This document shows positions 9,701 through 17,575 of a stretch of DNA of 28,108 bases, piece after piece. Location of the stretch: assembly GCA_051599415.1 (NCBI GenBank), contig AP039699.1, forward strand, positions 496,001-524,108, written 5' to 3'. Made by a program: the position numbers and the translations under genes. The number at the start of each line of letters is the position of its first letter. The first letter of the stretch is position 1. The DNA comes from Savitreella phatthalungensis. Its lineage: Eukaryota. The notes beneath the pieces were generated by a model. The model was not told the DNA's origin, did not search any database, and was given only the letters and a program-made list of their open reading frames with translations.

Positions 9701-12429
9701 CGCAAGTTCGAGACATGCTCGACCAGTCGATTAACATCAGCCCACCATGTGGAAACAACTTTCTCGAATCCAGGTTCCACTATCAGCGATCCTCGATGCT
9801 GCGAAAGCTGGACCGTACACGGACTGCAACTGGCGCCAGTCGTGGAGAGATGTACACACCATGTCGTGACCGAGTCGTCCAGCTTGGTAGTCAGGGCTTC
9901 ACACAAACGCGAATCAATCGCGTCAGCGAAGGCTTCTGTGTTATCCAATTCCTGACGTCTGACTTCAGCAACGGCGTCGTACACAGGCCGGAAATATTGC
10001 TCATTGATTTCGAGCAGTGGGGTCGTTTGCATAGACTGTAGCGTGGTCTCGACGCGGTCGATGATCTCGAACACAGAGCTCAATTTACTGGACAGCACAT
10101 CTAAAGATGCCACAAGATGCTGCACTGCGCGATTCTGTTTTCCATCACTGATGGTATCGCTATCACCAGACTCTTCTGCTGCCGCCGCCTGGAGAACAAA
10201 GCTGTCCCAATGTAGGCCGGCGACCACTTCGAGTGCGTCATGAACACTGTCGACTAGACCAGCGACAAGTAGACTGGCCCATGGGTGATGCTCCACGTCA
10301 GCAAAGATCTGCTTGGCGGACTTCAGGGCGTCCACTAGGCTGATCGAGACTGGATATGCCCTTTGCGCTGCTTTTGCAACAACGGCAATCTGATGTGGCA
10401 CATTGTACGACATCCACTGAAGATTGCGGACCTCTTTGAAGAGCGTGACAACGCGTGGATCGAAGTTGACGCTGATGTCTACATCCCCGTCGAGCTTGTC
10501 AAGAGTGAAGTGAAACACCGGCCCGCCAATCTGCACCTTTCGTACTTGAAGATCTCGCATCCAGCCGTCGAGAAGGGGTCGTACGTCAAGCCGCAAGCGC
10601 AAAGAGTTCGCTTCTGATTGAAGTTTGGCACCTTCCGCATACAGTTCCCAGCCAGTACCGAGGATGTCTTCAAGGCGATACATGAGTTCGTCCAGGCGCT
10701 CACTAATTTGCCTAGTCCACATCACGCTGCCGCTGATGATGGGCACATCGTGTAGTTGTGCGAGTGTATGACAGTCGGACTCGATATATTTGCGGTGCGC
10801 CTTTGCTTGCAATACAGAAACATCGGCTTTGACCCTATCCACCAGCTGACTCTGGTACTCTTGTACAGCGTTGCGGATTCTCGGCCGAACGAAGAGGCCA
10901 CTGAATCTGGCAAAGGATCGGAACAGATGCGCGGTCGTGTCTGATGCGGAAAGCTCCGTACTCAGGTCGGCGATGATCGAGTCTTCCGCAGCTGAAAGCA
11001 TCGATGTGTAGCGATTCTGCGCCTCGGACCACGAGCCAAAGCCGACGTCACTGAGATCGAGGCAGTCGATGTTCTGTACTGTGGTATATGCTGCTTCAAT
11101 CTGACTCGCCACTTCATGCGACCCGTCGTCATGAGAGCCGAAGCTTTTGTCAAATGCCTGTAGCAAAGCTTCATGACCACTGCGGAATGTGTTGAGCACG
11201 GCGAGACGATCTCGAGTTGCAACGTGACGACCGTTGATCTTTATGGGCAGAAATTTCTCACCACGCTTCTTGATCGCTTCACGAGCAACGGAGGTGAATT
11301 CCTTGATGTCTTCCTCCCAAATATTGTATATCCTTGCGGCTGCAGCCATTATGTCCTGGAAATTACCATATGGTATGGCTAACAAGCGATGTCCGAGCAT
11401 AGCGCGCATGCGGACATCGAGCTCACCGGAGAGACCCTCCAAGAAAGCCAGTGCACGGCGCACCGGATAAGCGACCACGCGTAAGCGCCTAGAGAACATG
11501 CCGAGCACTTCCGTGAGCGCCGAACCTAGATCCGAAAGGCTTATCGCGCTGAGCATTACGCCAATTGGCAAATCACGCATCAGTCCTGCAACCTCATGAA
11601 CGTGCTTTCGAGCATCGCGGAAGGTTGAATCATTCTCGAGTGAGACTACCACGCCAAACCTGCGGCCTGCTTGCAGAACATCCATGGTCAAGCGTACTCC
11701 ATCGCTCTTCAATTGGCCCTCCACGTCTTCTAGCGCATCATCCAAAGAACACCAGAATCGTATCTCGTTGGCGATGGTGCCCGACTCCACCGCCCGGTCG
11801 CGTGAAATAAGGTCGTTCATAAGCCTGCGCCAAGTGTTCACGCTAGCCTGCACCTCATTTAGCCAGTGTTGGTCCTCCAGTCGGGATTGATCGAGCAACG
11901 AGACGGTCGGGCGGCTCGACTCTGCTTCGTTCCTCGATAAAACGTCATGTATGCTGGAATGAATGGGTAGCTGCACTTTGCCCACACCTGCCTCATCTGC
12001 CGAATTCGTGAGCGACAGCTGGAACTCATTGAGCCGCTTCTTGACATCATCATTTTGAGCTAAGGCATCGCAAAGCGGCTTGAGGAAGTCTGAAACCACG
12101 AGTCGAAGTCCTGAGGCGTCTTCCTGAGAGTTTAGTGTCACCGTGTGAAGCTGTCTTGATAGGGGTTGACCACTTGTCAGACAGCCGGACCCCTTTACAA
12201 CTGCTAAGCACTCCTTGCTAGTATTCGGTCCGTCGACCAACTTGCGCGATTCTGTGTCGAAAAAAATCACCCTAGGCTCGAGCTCTCGGCAGAAGGACGC
12301 GAGTTCATCGAGTGAGCTTCCATCAATCTGCAAGCTATCCGTACCCGAGTCTGTGGTACCGATCGCGACAGGGAGCTGCCCGGCAAGATATGCGCATAAG
12401 TGCTCCACCTGATTCTTGTCATTAGTCAT
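715..12429 (-). CDS. DYN1: Cytoplasmic dynein heavy chain (3904 aa, single ORF)
   Basis: Four P-loops (GPAGTGKT, GGAGTGKT, GPPGSGKT, GAPGTGKS), AAA1 Walker B CFDEFNR, RFFFLGNDDLLEIIG linker motif, HYDFGLRALK, and a stalk coiled coil with microtubule-binding domain (ELRSMANPPEAVKLALEAVC). Confidence 0.98.
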   Translation of the reverse strand: MTNDKNQVEHLCAYLAGQLPVAIGTTDSGTDSLQIDGSSLDELASFCRELEPRVIFFDTESRKLVDGPNTSKECLAVVKGSGCLTSGQPLSRQLHTVTLNSQEDASGLRLVVSDFLKPLCDALAQNDDVKKRLNEFQLSLTNSADEAGVGKVQLPIHSSIHDVLSRNEAESSRPTVSLLDQSRLEDQHWLNEVQASVNTWRRLMNDLISRDRAVESGTIANEIRFWCSLDDALEDVEGQLKSDGVRLTMDVLQAGRRFGVVVSLENDSTFRDARKHVHEVAGLMRDLPIGVMLSAISLSDLGSALTEVLGMFSRRLRVVAYPVRRALAFLEGLSGELDVRMRAMLGHRLLAIPYGNFQDIMAAAARIYNIWEEDIKEFTSVAREAIKKRGEKFLPIKINGRHVATRDRLAVLNTFRSGHEALLQAFDKSFGSHDDGSHEVASQIEAAYTTVQNIDCLDLSDVGFGSWSEAQNRYTSMLSAAEDSIIADLSTELSASDTTAHLFRSFARFSGLFVRPRIRNAVQEYQSQLVDRVKADVSVLQAKAHRKYIESDCHTLAQLHDVPIISGSVMWTRQISERLDELMYRLEDILGTGWELYAEGAKLQSEANSLRLRLDVRPLLDGWMRDLQVRKVQIGGPVFHFTLDKLDGDVDISVNFDPRVVTLFKEVRNLQWMSYNVPHQIAVVAKAAQRAYPVSISLVDALKSAKQIFADVEHHPWASLLVAGLVDSVHDALEVVAGLHWDSFVLQAAAAEESGDSDTISDGKQNRAVQHLVASLDVLSSKLSSVFEIIDRVETTLQSMQTTPLLEINEQYFRPVYDAVAEVRRQELDNTEAFADAIDSRLCEALTTKLDDSVTTWCVHLSTTGASCSPCTVQLSQHRGSLIVEPGFEKVVSTWWADVNRLVEHVSNLRKARLNATFSDLTDELAGRIFEQTTLAITKQASLVREYLTGWIASQGVWDVQLTDIEASLGTGDMQQWLDLLTDVHQYRANIDSTDRSKQFGPLLVIFEQVQSRMMSRYDAIQRDISERLHGLAEERLTDALSAIRRQRLDMERLAINAASPVAMILAIQACKRDLPIWYSLHETLVQIKRLLARNRQREKLELFNLSEELSSLDALHVSSDRALQGQYEKLRDTIMAQTHTFSANVERSVRAWEEHRPLRGEIDPPSALVIIAEHEKSATALRQQDVELERARQALGMTTGEDKWLAEISTEMQDLRSVWQSILPVWDRLEDLRQMSVTSASAGKVRDKLKELRAIMDEMPVRIRQYDAFEYWYGKVVDDLLPTTTILKDLLSDVFHDRHWGQLLGASFRSRKDLTLGSIWALDLRSNNCAVQQILRQARGEYSNELFLSGIEDLWQGYELASVDYRGRCQLISGIDDVVNKAGEHLAALASMRHSPYYTLFREQAEFWSERLSRLTRVFETWRRVQRSWTYLDGTFAASSDIRYLLPKEASRFMAADGAFVTLCQKAAPSRPLAVADIADVEQTLARLQDQLDKVKNSLGQYLDRERSVCPRFFFLGNDDLLEIIGNSQDFARVDRHLSKLFAGIVSIEIQAGAVTAVQGQLGERLELDCDVIVQGLRAAQWLPLLEQATRAAMQHHTASLIAQLRKGDDVLDSVLPGQLVILAHQCYWTERMQKALETNSFDDVDKHLKRLLASLSDRLTDNLSALQRMTFEGLLTTVVHQETSLNRVKADRDQWLFTLRHYHNEESRAVHVRLADVEIAYAWEYLGPVERLVQTPLTDAFYLNMTQALNHRLGGAPFGPAGTGKTETVKSLGLQLGTFVVVFCCDDSFDYDAIGRIFTGACQIGAWACFDEFNRLEPAILSAVSQQIRTIQQGLSQGSERIELLARPVPLSATTAIFITTNPDYAGRSRLPDNLRRLFRPMAMSRPDSSDIARVLLHAQGFSSATQLADTIVMLFQTFETSFSHQKHYDFGLRALKSALIIGGQLKRSLGRSASDGHILVTSLNRAIAPRLIAADEAIFRQLVATKIPIDGLADDAPLLSGLALKIQQLIHVQEIQNGIIVFGGAGTGKTTVWRAAVEALGPRARVYVIDAKTLDKAALYGHLDDTTRHWTDGVLTDILRSIAESAEPDLRRWIVFDGDIDPVWIENLNSVLDDNHFISLPNGERIRVNANTRFIFETDSINHATPATISRCGMIHISDSAIGMDDLQQRFAENIPSSALGHLKSLGALPLRVCGSPIMPQSQAAYYDSLRALISDKELSIGQVARAVVWAAAGAGNVTQRRAVAATMQLDMPPNMLADESILSFRLIAGGAWRSLAEEAPKLELGPESLDRTDIIVSTAETIALEDLLVDLLRSSRPIVLCGPPGSGKTMLLLGALRRLEGHYCIPMNFSSATSVDHIVSALEQHCRYTKGPTGLVLGSPRPGHKAVLFCDEVNLTTSDAFGSQPVISFLRNLIEHQGFYHKSARQWVAVRDVLIVGACNPPTDIGRTALSDRFLRHCSVVLVDHPTRSALQHIYRVLFGAALRDLGLSQRVDAVVQASLDVYDFCRTNLTTELQPHYVYSPRELTRWVRGLRSLLVRLSDRVSPKDLVCAWAQEGSRLFEDRLVYEQERHRVAQKIRAAAEKHLGILPEQNLLYSDWLSKTVAATPIADLNSYVSLRLGTYSDEVEGASEIVAYNELSATALKISRVFHQPQGHAILVGAPGTGKSTLVRFVAWLDGLKVHRIRAHASYTITDFDDDLRKVLRACTVGRERVCFVLDEGSLLESAFIERINTLLANAEVPGLFEGDDLTNLISGCREQAELDGTSVQTPKEALDWFTEQIVHNLHVVLTISPPRDLAKSVNRSPALFNRCVVLWTGCWSEHSTKEIISQKLSRVDLSSKLHASHELQERLSDVIWSMHDGEALKLLDLLDRTQTLLIQSRQKLEHEQARLHKGLARLKATAEDVASLKTSLITTKAVLLEKNRAANTQLENMVYSQQESERRRATSLALQRELERQDEEIKARQDVVMADLARAEPAVEEARRSVSDIKKQQLTELRSMANPPEAVKLALEAVCSLLGHSNPDSWRTVQGIIRREDFISSIVHFDGESRITPSLRAKIQRDYLALPLLQHEVVHRASKACGPLILWVEAQIAFSEIVERVAPLRIEVEELQSAALTQRHKIAEAATSLSLLEASIVSLKDDYAQLVGEAQEIAKNMRDAEIRLERSQALLDGLAGEVDRWTISADCIQDKDASLLGDVLLAAAFEAYAIPRARADRQALMEKWRVALEGAAIPFSYDWSYLSFIAPEHEAQDEHTAENLVALDNIQRTSLIVDPAEQHLHAIKAMSSRRELVIASFSDYGFSKQLESAVRFGRTLLITDAEHFDPIVFALLNREYTNVGGRLVVMLGKQQVDISTNFTMILYTTAPVAAFSENVLSRLSIVDFSVTNASLRDLALATILQVHQPEVESQRREARRAQRALHVELADNENQLLEALAQSSNILDNVEVIRQLELLRTCSDDIKFKLKAGDHAIAQIQAVTDQYEHDATSTAAVYEILQTICGLSPLYTFKLAWFTTMLRRALARRAEFLPSLIEETLSTASASLLPKHVVDLKISLARLLAVGAEQQTEWQQSHIALDRTLRDYTGTELEPKTLAQIQAESDAETPILLVADAGQDPAYEVEAAAGGTPLETVSLGAGESIALAERMLDLTARSGTWLVLKNVHLEQRWLESLRVRVVKARPMPSFRLFLTTEQTAVVPKSFLAGCITFAAIAPAGLRASLTEAIVGLSSQFEREPRERRRLGILTGWLHAYVIERLRFAPKLGWRKAYELGSAELTAAGRVLNAWLPVDKHNIDPQEIPWGPLARILTQSVYGAVMDDMKDFAHLGDIVSHLFHVGSFDLDFDLTPSQTGLIAPAKNKLEDVLDWAASLAPSSRWLSLPEDAEQQLAANQFDSAMIRQA

Positions 12430-12739
12430 TGATATCGTTTAGGTCATAGCCGCTGTGTCATCGTCCAGCGGCTAGAGTACAACCTTCAGCATTATTATAT
12501 TTCGACGTCCGCGCGTACGCGCATTTTTGTAAACCGCAGCCAAGCATAGCGTTGATGAGTTTGCGCGTGCGCGCGCTTGTAAACAAATTGATCTCGTGAT
12601 CATACGTACGTACATGTACACCGCGATCCATTTCTTGTACGTAGCTAGTACAACACGTAAGTGCTGTAACGTAATGAAGACAGATATACGAGCTGTGGAA
12701 ACGTACGCAAAGTGAAGCGAGAATAATCTAGGAAGGGAG
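12430..12739. promoter_or_regulatory. Divergent (bidirectional) promoter region of DYN1 and RAD18
   Basis: 310-bp gap between head-to-head starts. Contains CGCG/ACGCG (MCB-like) clusters at 12511-12522 and 12563-12576 and a forkhead-type GTAAACAAA at 12579-12587. Confidence 0.55.
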
Positions 12740-13675
12740 ATGGTGACGCTCGACGAATGGGATGAGTTGTTACCCAATCTCGCGCAGACGACTCCGTCGC
12801 TGCGTGCGCTTGACGAGCTATGTCGATGTCGGATATGCCGCGAGTATGTGACTGCGCCTTTGATGACCGGCTGTGGCCACACCTTTTGCTCTCTGTGTAT
12901 ACGGCGAGCAATCGCAGCCGATCAGTGTTGCCCCGTCTGTCGGTCTAAGGAGGAAGAGCGTCAACTTCGCAAGAATGTAACAGTGGAGGACCTAGTGGAA
13001 ATCTATACCGGAATGCGCAACGAGCTTGCCGTGCGGACGTCTCGGAAACGACGACGTAAAAGCTCGGGGTCAGAACAGGATCCTGTGGATTCTATCGCAG
13101 AACCTCGTCGAGCGGATCAAGAGGACCGCTCGCAGCGCAGATCCCTGCGGCTGTCACAAAGTGAGAAGCAGGTCTGTCCCTTTTGTGGCAAGAGCTTTGC
13201 TGAGGAAGAGATCAATGAGCATGCGAACAAGTGCCTGGATCAGGCGCCAGTGCGGCCCGAGGAGACATCAGTAGGCTCAAAACGCTCCTCTATGCAACGT
13301 TTGCCGAAGTTAAGCTATTCCGCATTGACCGAGGGTAAGCTTCGAGCTGCTCTGAAAGAGCTAGGTCTACCGACTACGGGCAGTAAGGCTCAGCTGCAGA
13401 AGCGTCACCTGGAGATGGTACACCTCTGGAACTCAAATCTTGATGCGAAACAGCCACGCTCTAGGCGCGCGCTGCTACAAGATATGGCGACGTGGGAACG
13501 CACCGTAGGTCGAATCACACACCAATCCAAACTGAGCGAGGAAGACGTAAGTCGCCTACGAGACGGAGGCGACTTTGACGATCTCATCGCTAAAGCGCGG
13601 GCAAGCGTGCGGAAGAAGGTGGAGGGAGGGCCGATCGAGGAGGCACAGGATCAAGAGCTCGAAGCTCATACATGA
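12740..13675 (+). CDS. RAD18: Post-replication repair E3 ubiquitin ligase Rad18
   Basis: RING finger (CRIC...CGHTFCSLCIRR...CPVCR), UBZ zinc finger (CPFC...INEHANKC) and SAP domain (RLPKLSYSALTEGKLRAALKELGLPTTGSK) followed by LWNSNLD, in Rad18 domain order. Confidence 0.95.
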   Translation: MVTLDEWDELLPNLAQTTPSLRALDELCRCRICREYVTAPLMTGCGHTFCSLCIRRAIAADQCCPVCRSKEEERQLRKNVTVEDLVEIYTGMRNELAVRTSRKRRRKSSGSEQDPVDSIAEPRRADQEDRSQRRSLRLSQSEKQVCPFCGKSFAEEEINEHANKCLDQAPVRPEETSVGSKRSSMQRLPKLSYSALTEGKLRAALKELGLPTTGSKAQLQKRHLEMVHLWNSNLDAKQPRSRRALLQDMATWERTVGRITHQSKLSEEDVSRLRDGGDFDDLIAKARASVRKKVEGGPIEEAQDQELEAHT

Positions 13676-14000
13676 TTCAGGTCATGGTTCTTGGAAACAC
13701 GCAATTGGTCAATCTGACGATTGACAGGTCGAGTTCATGACGCAGCGTGTAACCGTATACCGGTTAGCATGCAGAATCAACCGATCTTGCATTCACAGAG
13801 TGGCTCGATGCACATGCTGACCTCTTTCTCGTACTCGTAACCCCGTATAACTATCAGGTTGATGAATCATACACATGTACAGGAGCTCACACGTACGTGC
13901 GAACAAGCGGCAGCTCGATCTGAATTCAGGGCGCAATCGTCATGCACATAGCTATATAATGCTTGTTATTATCATGACGTTCGTGATCGAATTTACGTAT

Positions 14001-14020
14001 GATCGATCGATCGATCGATC
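14001..14020. repeat. (GATC)5 self-complementary microsatellite
   Basis: gatcgatcgatcgatcgatc read directly from the sequence. Confidence 0.9.
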
Positions 14021-14175
14021 GCACAAAGCACGCGCATATTGAGGGCTGAAAAAGATGATGACTACTTTAATTTAGGATCTACGATCATTGGATGATCTGC
14101 GTGGGCTCTTGAATCGGGCGTTATGACTTGGCAGTCTTGAGCACGGTCGAATATGTGTATATGGCTAGAATTTTA

Positions 14176-14307
14176 CCAATCATATGTTGCGGGGGATCAT
14201 GCATCGGGTACGTGTATACAGTGCACGGCCATGGCAAGCTTGGAGGTATTACGCACAGGCCGTGCACGCAACCGACCGATTTCCCTGGGGTCTGTCCTCC
14301 ATATATA
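14176..14307 (+). promoter_or_regulatory. Putative promoter of the GH36 gene with CCAAT box, CreA/Mig1-type sites and TATA box
   Basis: CCAAT at 14176-14180. SYGGRG matches GCGGGG (14189-14194) and CTGGGG (14285-14290). TATATA at 14302-14307, about 40 nt before the ATG. Confidence 0.45.
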
Positions 14308-14348
14308 GCCCCCTTCACCATTGAATAACCATCGCTTCAACTACCGGG

Positions 14349-16400
14349 ATGTCTCCCATAGACTTCGACGACATCTTTACGAGTGATCGAGATGAATCAC
14401 TCTCAGTCCGAACGCTCGATCGCGGGGCCTGGGAAGTGACGCGGAAGCTTGAGCCATCTCTGCCGCGTGAACCTGGCTATGTTGTTGGCGAGCCAAAGCG
14501 GCTCAAGCGATGGCTCAGCATTGAACGCTTGATGGCTTACTGGATGGAGCCAAAGCACGGACGAGGCCAGCTCGACGTCAATCGAGATTCGTTCATGCTG
14601 GGACTTGAGCGCGAGGATGCTCGATACGTGGTCGCGTTGCCATTATCAGGAACATCGGACGACTGCAACGCATACGTGCGAGCGGACAATGCCCAAGTTG
14701 TACTGCACGGACGAAATGAGGGCTCGTCAGCTGGGCAAATCCGGCTGGTCGTTACAGTGTCAAGCGATCTCCAAAATGCGATTGACTCCGCTTTCCAGCA
14801 TGCAAAGTCTCATTTCACTATTGGGACTTCCTCATCGAATGCGTACTGGAATGATGGTTTGTATTGGTGCAGCTGGAACGCATTCTATGACAAAGTCACC
14901 GAGGATGACATCTTGCATGCCCTCAAAAGTATAGCAGATCTTGGAATTCAGCTCGATGGTGCCATCATTGATGACGGATGGCAAGATGTCGATGATCAGC
15001 GACGATTGCGGAGCTTCCGGCCAAATCAGAAATTTCCGCACGGGCTGAAATGGCTAGTCGAGCAGATCAAGAGCCGTCATCCGAGCATCCAACACGTTGG
15101 CGTTTGGCACGCATTGATGGGTTATTGGAATGGCATTGCTCCAGACTCGGCCATCGCGCGCGCTTACAAGACGACATCTTGTCCTAACGACATCTGGTTA
15201 TGTACAGAAGGGGTCGACCAGCCCAGGGCATTGTTGTGCGTCGATGATGTTGACATTCACAGATTTTATGACGATTTCTATCGCTTCCTCGCCTCTCAGG
15301 ACATCTCCACAACTAAGGCCGATGCGCAGGCAGCGATCGATCAATTTGACAAAACATCCCCCCACCATCGCAGGTTGTGGCGGCCGTATCAAGATGCACT
15401 CGAGGCTGCCAGTGCGAAATACATGGACTCTCGCGTGATTTACTGCATGTCTCACGTCAACAATGCATTCTTCCACAGTCTTCTAGGTCCTGGGCGATTC
15501 AATCGTGCGCCCGTGCTCTTGCGTAACTCTGATGATTTCTTCCCGGACAGACCAGACTCACACAGCTGGCATATTCACGTCAATGTAATGAATAACCTCT
15601 ACACCACGAGGTTGTATTGTGTACCAGACTGGGACATGTTCGAGACGGGACATGAGCACGGCGCTCTGCATGCTGCCGGCAGAGCCATCTCTGGCGGCCC
15701 CGTCCTGATAACGGACGGCATCGGCAAGACGAATTTGAAGCTCATAGAGAAACTCACCAGCAAGCACCCAATGACGGGAAACCTCAAGGTTTTACGCTTC
15801 CAAAGTGGAGCCTGGCCACTACGACCTTTCCAGGGCTTTGGGGAAGCGCAACTGACTCACATTGTCAATGAGCGTGCGCATATCTTCACAGATGTGATTT
15901 TCAACCTCCATGAAACTGCCTTGTTGCAACATTTTAGCAGTACGGATCTCGGACTCGACGGAGATTACGCTTTTTGGCAAGAAAGCTCTGGCGATGTGCG
16001 ACTCGATGCGATCTCAGACAACAAATTGTTCTCTCTTGATCTAAAGCCGCGCGAATTCGATCGGATCGTCGCCGCCCCACTTCGACAGCTGTCTCACTGG
16101 CAGGTTGCGACATTCGGCCTGCTTGACAAATATGCCGGTGGCGCGGCTGTGGCAGTTATAGGTTCGACCGAGGCGTTGAGCATTGAGCTTGACTATTTCG
16201 GCCTGCTCGGCCTTCTGATCGCCGGGCAAAGAGATGTTTCCGTGGACATCAGCATAAAAGGACGCCGACTGCCCAAGGGCGCTGTGAAGTCTCGTGATCT
16301 TGCGTTCGGCGTGCTGCTGGAAATAGACGTGCCAGGCGCATGGGCAGTCCTTGGGCTTGACGGACGCCCTCCATATGAGATTCTGGTTAGACTCTCCTAG
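14349..16400 (+). CDS. GH36 raffinose synthase/Sip1-family alpha-galactosidase
   Basis: Family motifs WCSWNAFY, IIDDGWQ, VGVWHALMGYWNGI, KADAQ (nucleophile Asp), IYCMS, RNSDDFFP (acid/base Asp), PDWDMF and RAISGGPVLITD. Confidence 0.93.
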   Translation: MSPIDFDDIFTSDRDESLSVRTLDRGAWEVTRKLEPSLPREPGYVVGEPKRLKRWLSIERLMAYWMEPKHGRGQLDVNRDSFMLGLEREDARYVVALPLSGTSDDCNAYVRADNAQVVLHGRNEGSSAGQIRLVVTVSSDLQNAIDSAFQHAKSHFTIGTSSSNAYWNDGLYWCSWNAFYDKVTEDDILHALKSIADLGIQLDGAIIDDGWQDVDDQRRLRSFRPNQKFPHGLKWLVEQIKSRHPSIQHVGVWHALMGYWNGIAPDSAIARAYKTTSCPNDIWLCTEGVDQPRALLCVDDVDIHRFYDDFYRFLASQDISTTKADAQAAIDQFDKTSPHHRRLWRPYQDALEAASAKYMDSRVIYCMSHVNNAFFHSLLGPGRFNRAPVLLRNSDDFFPDRPDSHSWHIHVNVMNNLYTTRLYCVPDWDMFETGHEHGALHAAGRAISGGPVLITDGIGKTNLKLIEKLTSKHPMTGNLKVLRFQSGAWPLRPFQGFGEAQLTHIVNERAHIFTDVIFNLHETALLQHFSSTDLGLDGDYAFWQESSGDVRLDAISDNKLFSLDLKPREFDRIVAAPLRQLSHWQVATFGLLDKYAGGAAVAVIGSTEALSIELDYFGLLGLLIAGQRDVSVDISIKGRRLPKGAVKSRDLAFGVLLEIDVPGAWAVLGLDGRPPYEILVRLS

Positions 16401-17575
16401 ATTTGTAGAGCCACGCTGAACGCATCATCGGTGCCGGCTCTCCCAAAGGTACCGGCATCCAACCAGGCGGCGATCCTGGCCAACGTCGCCTTGTCACGCG
16501 AAGAAGCAGGCTCGGAAGACGTGAGGGCTCGTTCGAAGATAGTCTTGCATATCTCATAACGACCAACAACATCTGCGTGCTCGCCGTGCCGGTCGAGAAG
16601 CTTTTCCATTACGGGGACGCTTTCCAGTACAAGTGATCTACCCCACGCATGCCGGCATATCACGGCAAGCAGCTCGCGCGCGGGCCCGCGTTCCTGTGGA
16701 AAATGGGAGAAGACCGTGGATGTCATTCTTGACCACGAGTCCGGCGAACTCTTATCGCGCCAAACTCGATGTGATGCGACATCGTCGCCGCCTGCTGCTT
16801 CCAATAGCAATTTGAGAACAGTATATCTCTGCGGGCTCCGCAAGGCGATACGCGGGACCAGGGAGAGTATTTTATCCCTATCGTGGCGAGCAAGCCTCGC
16901 AAGGCAAATCAATACCAAATCCTCAGCAGTGCGCGAGAGGTTACTGGCTTTCAGCATTGCGTTCAGCTTTGCGGGAATATCTTCGACCAATCGATAGTCC
17001 TCAGGACTACAGTCACCTAGATATGACAGAACAGCATCCAGCCGCATCTCTTGCGTGATGTCCGTTGGCTCAGTAGTCCAAGCGCGAAGAATCTCGATCG
17101 GATCCTGCTCATCCAGCGCGGGCAGACGGAGAGAGTCCCTAGTCCAGTGTAGGCCGCGCGGCAGAAGCTTGTGCCAGAACTGAACGACAATTACGTCCAA
17201 AAGCGCATCCTGCATCTGCAGGAGCTTGATGATTGACCCTTTTGCGATCGTGAGTGCCCAGTCCTCGGCAGGAGATGGCTGCGACAAGACATTGGCGATC
17301 AGATCGAGGAGTGACATGAATGCCTTCTGCTCAGAAGCTCCACTCGCAGCGATCGTTTGTTGAATTGTCGCCCAGGACAAGGCTTCTCGAACAGATTCGA
17401 CGTCGATCGAGCATAGCAGTAAAGTGGAGGCCAGATTTTTTGCCTCTCCGAGACCTCTGGAGTCATCCTCAAAGAGCAGGGTGACCACCAAGGGGCTCAT
17501 ATGCGCGACTGCATGGCACAAGGCTGGTTCAGGAAGAGCAGCCAGGAGAGCTTGAATAGCATCAAGCAGAGACAT
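16397..17575 (-). CDS. Hsm3/PSMD5 (S5b)-like 26S proteasome base assembly chaperone, ARM/HEAT-like helical protein
   Basis: C-terminus FPQERGPARELLAVICRHAWGRSLVLESVPVMEKLLDRHGEH...RYEICKTI...WLDAGTFG resembles the PSMD5 C-terminal pattern (FPE...PW...SP...DR..EH...YEL.K...YL..GPY) as recalled. Start taken at ATG 17575 (MSLLDAIQ); upstream in-frame ATGs fall in an AC-rich, promoter-like tract. Confidence 0.7.
   Translation of the reverse strand: MSLLDAIQALLAALPEPALCHAVAHMSPLVVTLLFEDDSRGLGEAKNLASTLLLCSIDVESVREALSWATIQQTIAASGASEQKAFMSLLDLIANVLSQPSPAEDWALTIAKGSIIKLLQMQDALLDVIVVQFWHKLLPRGLHWTRDSLRLPALDEQDPIEILRAWTTEPTDITQEMRLDAVLSYLGDCSPEDYRLVEDIPAKLNAMLKASNLSRTAEDLVLICLARLARHDRDKILSLVPRIALRSPQRYTVLKLLLEAAGGDDVASHRVWRDKSSPDSWSRMTSTVFSHFPQERGPARELLAVICRHAWGRSLVLESVPVMEKLLDRHGEHADVVGRYEICKTIFERALTSSEPASSRDKATLARIAAWLDAGTFGRAGTDDAFSVALQI

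Noticed and set aside
12472..12911. 136-aa and 88-aa minus-strand ORFs upstream of dynein
   Set aside because: They overlap RAD18 antisense and the promoter, and show no similarity to the dynein N-terminus or any known domain.
14054..14140. Possible C/D-box snoRNA (ATGATGA near 14055)
   Set aside because: No well-placed downstream CTGA D box, terminal stem or convincing rRNA guide was found by eye.
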